DNA from: Octopus bimaculoides
Lineage: Eukaryota
Direction of reading: 5' to 3'
DNA length: 36,099 nt
Assembly: GCF_001194135.2 (NCBI RefSeq)
Contig: NC_068985.1
Span: forward strand, 41,057,162 to 41,093,260
The notes beneath the pieces were generated by a model. That model saw only the letters and a list, made by a program, of their open reading frames with translations, did no database searches and had not been told where the DNA came from. A program made the translations under genes and the position numbers. This document shows, one piece after another, positions 32,076 to 36,099 of this stretch. The first letter of the stretch is position 1. Every line of letters starts with the position of its first letter.

Positions 32076-32278
32076 ACTCTTTACTCTTTTACTTGTTTCA
32101 GTCATTTGACTGCGGCCATGCTGGAGCACCGCCTTTTTTAGTCGAGCTAATCGACCCCAGGACTTATTCTTTGTAAGCCTAGTACTTATTCTATCGGTCT
32201 CTTTTGCCGAACCGCTAAGTTACGGGCACGTAAACACACCAGCATCGGTTGTCAAGCGATGTTGGGGGGACAAACACA

Positions 32279-32357
<79 letters not shown>

Positions 32358-32519
32358 GACGAGCTTCTTTTAGTTTCCGTCTACCAAATCCACTCATAAG
32401 TCTTTGGTCGGCCCGAGGCTATAGTAGAAGACACTTGCCCAAGGTGCTACGCAGTGAGACTGAACCCGGAACCATGTGGATTGTAAGCATGCTACTTACC
32501 ACACAGCCACTCCTACTCC
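32076..32519 (-). mobile_element. SINE family A, full length, with internal (TG)n
   Basis: Complete head, internal microsatellite at about 32275-32355 and tail ACAAGTAAAAGAGTAAAGAGT. A weak 6-bp TSD, TAACAT, is at 32070-32075 and 32520-32525. Confidence 0.93.
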
Positions 32520-32834
32520 TAACATGGGGAAGTTTACATGGTAAGACAGAAAAAGAAGGGACAAACTGGCCTAAGCTTCTTTCCGTTATTTCTTTTCTGA
32601 CTCAGACAATGGAAGCCAATCTCACTAGCTCCGGCATTTTTACCCGTTTATAACTAATTGGTAACGTATTATTGTCTTTTTTATGACAAACAGAATATAG
32701 TTTACGTTATTTAAAACATGCTCAGCCTTAGTAAGAGTCAAACCGGTCTGCCATAATTAGCATAACAGTGCAATGATTGGTAGCGTGTATTAATTAAATT
32801 AGTAGTAACATTAGATATCGCTAAATTAAATAGA

Positions 32835-32986
32835 TACGAGAGCCGGCTGAAAAGTTCATAGGCTGATCAAAACTCTCTTGGAATGTGACCAAATGAGGTT
32901 TAATTTTCAGCATAGTCCCCCTTACAGTCTACACACTTCTTCCATCGGTGTCGTAGAGCTTGGAGTCCATTGGTGAAGAAGCTTTC
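32835..32986 (-). mobile_element. Mariner 3' end (third family): transposase C-terminus plus TIR
   Basis: The minus strand reads ESFFTNGLQALRHRWKKCVDCKGDYAEN*. TIR TA|CGAGAGCCGGCTGAAAAGTTCATAGGCTGA at 32835. Confidence 0.88.
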
Positions 32987-33076
32987 ACCACTGCCATACT
33001 AGTTCCCAGCCAAATGATGAGGGTAGTGATATTCGTTGCTGGTGATAATGGTATAGATATTATTATTATTATCATC

Positions 33077-33791
33077 ATTATTGAGTGAGAGAGCAGTGCA
33101 TGCCATCAAAGTGACACTGGGGTAAAATATACGAAGCCCATTATACCCATCATGACTACCCGTCTGATAAGGATACACCAGGCACATGCATCACAACCAT
33201 ATGTGCGCGACATGGTGATCTCATATCAAGATAAACAGCGCGTGACCTCGCAGGTGGGGCCCAGTTAGAATTTTCTTCAGGTCGAATAGCCCATCCCGCC
33301 CAAAAGGTCCCTGAATAAGGTTTATTTAAGGATGTTGAGCAAAACACCCATGTTTCCAAAGGTGAATTATTCAAAGAACTCCTCTCAACACATGGCTATG
33401 ATGCTCCCCCACTACTNNNNNNNNNNNNNNNNNNNNNNNNNNNNNNNNNNNNNNNNNNNNNNNNNNNNNNNNNNNNNNNNNNNNNNNNNNNNNNNNNNNN
33501 NNNNNNNNNNNNNNNNNNNNNNNNNNNNNNNNNNNNNNNNNNNNNNNNNNNNNNNNNNNNNNNNNNNNNNNNNNNNNNNNNNNNNNNNNNNNNNNNNNNN
33601 NNNNNNNNNNNNNNNNNNNNNNNNNNNNNNNNNNNNNNNNNNNNNNNNNNNNNNNNNGCTCCCCCACTACTTCTGCTCGTAATCAGAGATGCACATATCG
33701 TCAGCCACCAAGGGACATGCTCAACTGGTTAAGGTCAAGCAACTGACAAGCAAATCTGTGGTATTAAACAGAATATTTGCTGTAGCCCATC

Positions 33792-33795
<4 letters not shown>
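33077..33795 (-). mobile_element. Dispersed repeat G, copy 2 (interrupted by the N-gap 33417-33657)
   Basis: Colinear with 4431-4875; flanked by (ATT)n on both sides. Confidence 0.82.
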
Positions 33796-33832
<37 letters not shown>

Positions 33833-34189
33833 GTAGTAGTGGTGGTGGTGGTGGTGGTGGTCGTCGTCGTCGTCGTCGTAGTAGTAGTGATAAGGTAGTA
33901 TGTGGGGGTGGTGGTGAGGTTTTAAAGTGACTTATACGGTGAATATTTTTACTTGAGGTTAGCAGGTATAAACGTGAGCAAACACCTGTGATGTTTGTTT
34001 GTTGAGAAAATATAACCCTCCACACCTCTCTCCCTCTGTGTCTCCGTCTTTTTCTCTGTGTCCATCTCTCTCTCTCTCTCTCTCTCTCGCTCGCTCTCTT
34101 TCACCTACAGATACGTTCACATTGATTCAAATACGTTCTGACATACACTGCGAACAATCTATCGTCATGTTTCTACTTATCCAACATGT

Positions 34190-34265
34190 ATTAATGTATG
34201 TATGTATGTATGTATGTATGTATGTATGTATCTCTCCCTCTCCCTCTGTGTGTGTGCATGTGTGC

Positions 34266-34320
<55 letters not shown>

Positions 34321-34325
34321 CGTGT
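34190..34325. repeat. (GTAT)n and (TG)n microsatellites
   Basis: Directly visible. Confidence 0.9.
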
Positions 34326-35215
34326 GTTGTTCCACTGTTATTCCCCATTATCACCACCCAATTCCGAAAAAACTGTCACGTCAAATCCGCGTGTTTTCCT
34401 AGTTTGGATTACAGCATTCAAAAATAGAATGATTATATATACTTTTGCATACACATACTTATCCTAAACACCCCCATATANNNNNNNNNNNNNNNNNNNN
34501 NNNNNNNNNNNNNNNNNNNNNNNNNNNNNNNNNNNNNNNNNNNNNNNNNNNNNNNNNNNNNNNNNNNNNNNNNNNNNNNNNNNNNNNNNNNNNNNNNNNN
34601 NNNNNNNNNNNNNNNNNNNNNNNNNNNNNNNNNNNNNNNNNNNNNNNNNNNNNNNNNNNNNNNNNNNNNNNNNNNNNNNNNNNNNNNNNNNNNNNNNNNN
34701 NNNNNNNNNNNNNNNNNNNNNNNNNNNNNNNNNNNNNNNNNNNNNNNNNNNNNNNNNNNNNNNNNNNNNNNNNNNNNNNNNNNNNNNNNNNNNNNNNNNN
34801 NNNNNNNNNNNNNNNNNNNNNNNNNNNNNNNNNNNNNNNNNNNNNNNNNNNNNNNNNNNNNNNNNNNNNNNNNNNNNNNNNNNNNNNNNNNNNNNNNNNN
34901 NNNNNNNNNNNNNNNNNNNNNNNNNNNNNNNNNNNNNNNNNNNNNNNNNNNNNNNNNNNNNNNNNNNNNNNNNNNNNNNNNNNNNNNNNNNNNNNNNNNN
35001 NNNNNNNNNNNNNNNNNNNNNNNNNNNNNNNNNNNNNNNNNNNNNNNNNNNNNNNNNNNNNNNNNNNNNNNNNNNNNNNNNNNNNNNNNNNNNNNNNNNN
35101 NNNNNNNNNNNNNNNNNNNNNNNNNNNNNNNNNNNNNNNNNNNNNNNNNNNNNNNNNNNNNNNNNNNNNNNNNNNNNNNNNNNNNNNNNNNNNNNNNNNN
35201 NNNNNNNNNNNNNNN

Positions 35216-35280
35216 TGCTAAGTTACGGGGACGTAAACACACCAGCATCGGTTGTCAAGCGATGGTGGGGTGGGGGACAA

Positions 35281-35331
<51 letters not shown>

Positions 35332-35480
35332 TATATACATATATACGACGGGCTTCTTTCAGTTTCCGTCTACCAAATCCACTCACAAGGCTTTGGTCAG
35401 CCCGAGGCTATAGTAGAAGACATTTGCCCAAGGTTCCACGCAGTGGGACTGACCCCGCAACCATGTGGTTGGTAAGCGCC
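35216..35480 (-). mobile_element. SINE family A with A-box region deleted; 3' end lies in the gap
   Basis: The body matches 21779-22090. The head reads GGCGCTTACCAACC instead of GGCGCAGGAGTGGCTGTGTGGTAAGTAGCTTGCTTACCAACC. Confidence 0.88.
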
Positions 35481-35500
35481 TTTATATATATATATACACG

Positions 35501-35850
35501 TGGCACTCCGTCGGTTACGACGACGGGGGTTCCAGTTGTTCTGATCAACGGAAGTGAGCACTCCACAGACACGTGTACCCTTAACGTTGTTCTCGGGGAG
35601 AACCAGCGTGACACCAAGTGTGACAAGGCTGGTCCCTTTGAATTACAGGTACAACGGAAACAGGAAGAAAGAGTGAGAGAAAATTGTGGTGAAAAAGTAC
35701 AGCAGGGTTCGCCACCATCCCCTGCCAGAGCTTCGTGGAACTTTAGGTGTTTTTGTCCAATAAACACTCACAACGCCCGGTCTGGGGATAGAAACCGCGA
35801 TCCTACGACCGCGATTCCGCTGCCCTAACTACTGGACCATTGCCACTCCA
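35501..35850 (-). mobile_element. SINE family F (different tRNA head and centre, tail shared with family B)
   Basis: The minus-strand head is TGGTCCAGTAGTTAGGG..GGTTTCTATCCCC. 35501-35652 aligns with 31533-31690, but 35653-35770 has no CORE-like segment. Confidence 0.8.
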
Positions 35851-35852
35851 CT

Positions 35853-36002
35853 ATGTATATATATATATGTGCTATGTGCGTGTGTGTGTGTGTGTGTGTC
35901 TGTGTCTGTGTATGTTTATATATATGAATGTATATATATATTTGTATATATGTATATATACATATGTATGTATATATATGCATATATATATGTGTGTGTA
36001 TG

Positions 36003-36034
<32 letters not shown>

Positions 36035-36040
36035 CGTATG

Positions 36041-36099
<59 letters not shown>
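35853..36099. repeat. (TA)n/(TG)n/(TATG)n microsatellite to the window end
   Basis: Directly visible. Confidence 0.95.

Noticed and set aside
32060-32514. AGGAGTGGCT inverted repeat at both ends of the SINE-A copy, suggesting TIRs
   Set aside because: One arm is the normal SINE head and the element has a retroposon tail; the 10-bp match is best treated as chance.
13718-35248. ORFs of 150-380 aa dominated by X
   Set aside because: They stay open only because they cross N-gaps. The only real coding parts are the mariner and LINE fragments listed as features.

Overview
Eukaryotic, repeat-saturated genomic DNA from a fragmented draft scaffold (15 N-gaps, about 4.7 kb or 13% of the window by hand tally). 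The repeat complement looks like octopus / coleoid cephalopod DNA; this is my recognition of the repeats, not a database result. I can support no intact host gene, tRNA/rRNA gene or CRISPR array. Nearly all ORFs in the track are translations of microsatellites or run through N-gaps. What the sequence does support: (1) a 5'-truncated, decayed RTE-clade LINE at 4974-7000; (2) the ORF2 C-terminus of a second, CR1/L2-group-like LINE at 30161-30473; (3) mariner remnants at 1-253, 1371-1430, 14581-15263 and 32835-32986; (4) Tigger/pogo-like and piggyBac-like MITEs; (5) about 20 tRNA-derived SINE copies in several families, labelled A-F here (my working labels), some with clean target-site duplications; (6) three unclassified dispersed repeats, G, H and J; (7) many microsatellites, including a 2.8 kb polypyrimidine (CTTT/CCTT)n array with higher-order structure. 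The best second-look items are a convergent fold-back mariner, a SINE-head/LINE-tail fusion, module swapping among the SINE families, a roughly four-fold CpG density step near 11 kb, and two competing low-confidence chains of candidate small exons. I found no evidence strong enough to claim a new biological system.
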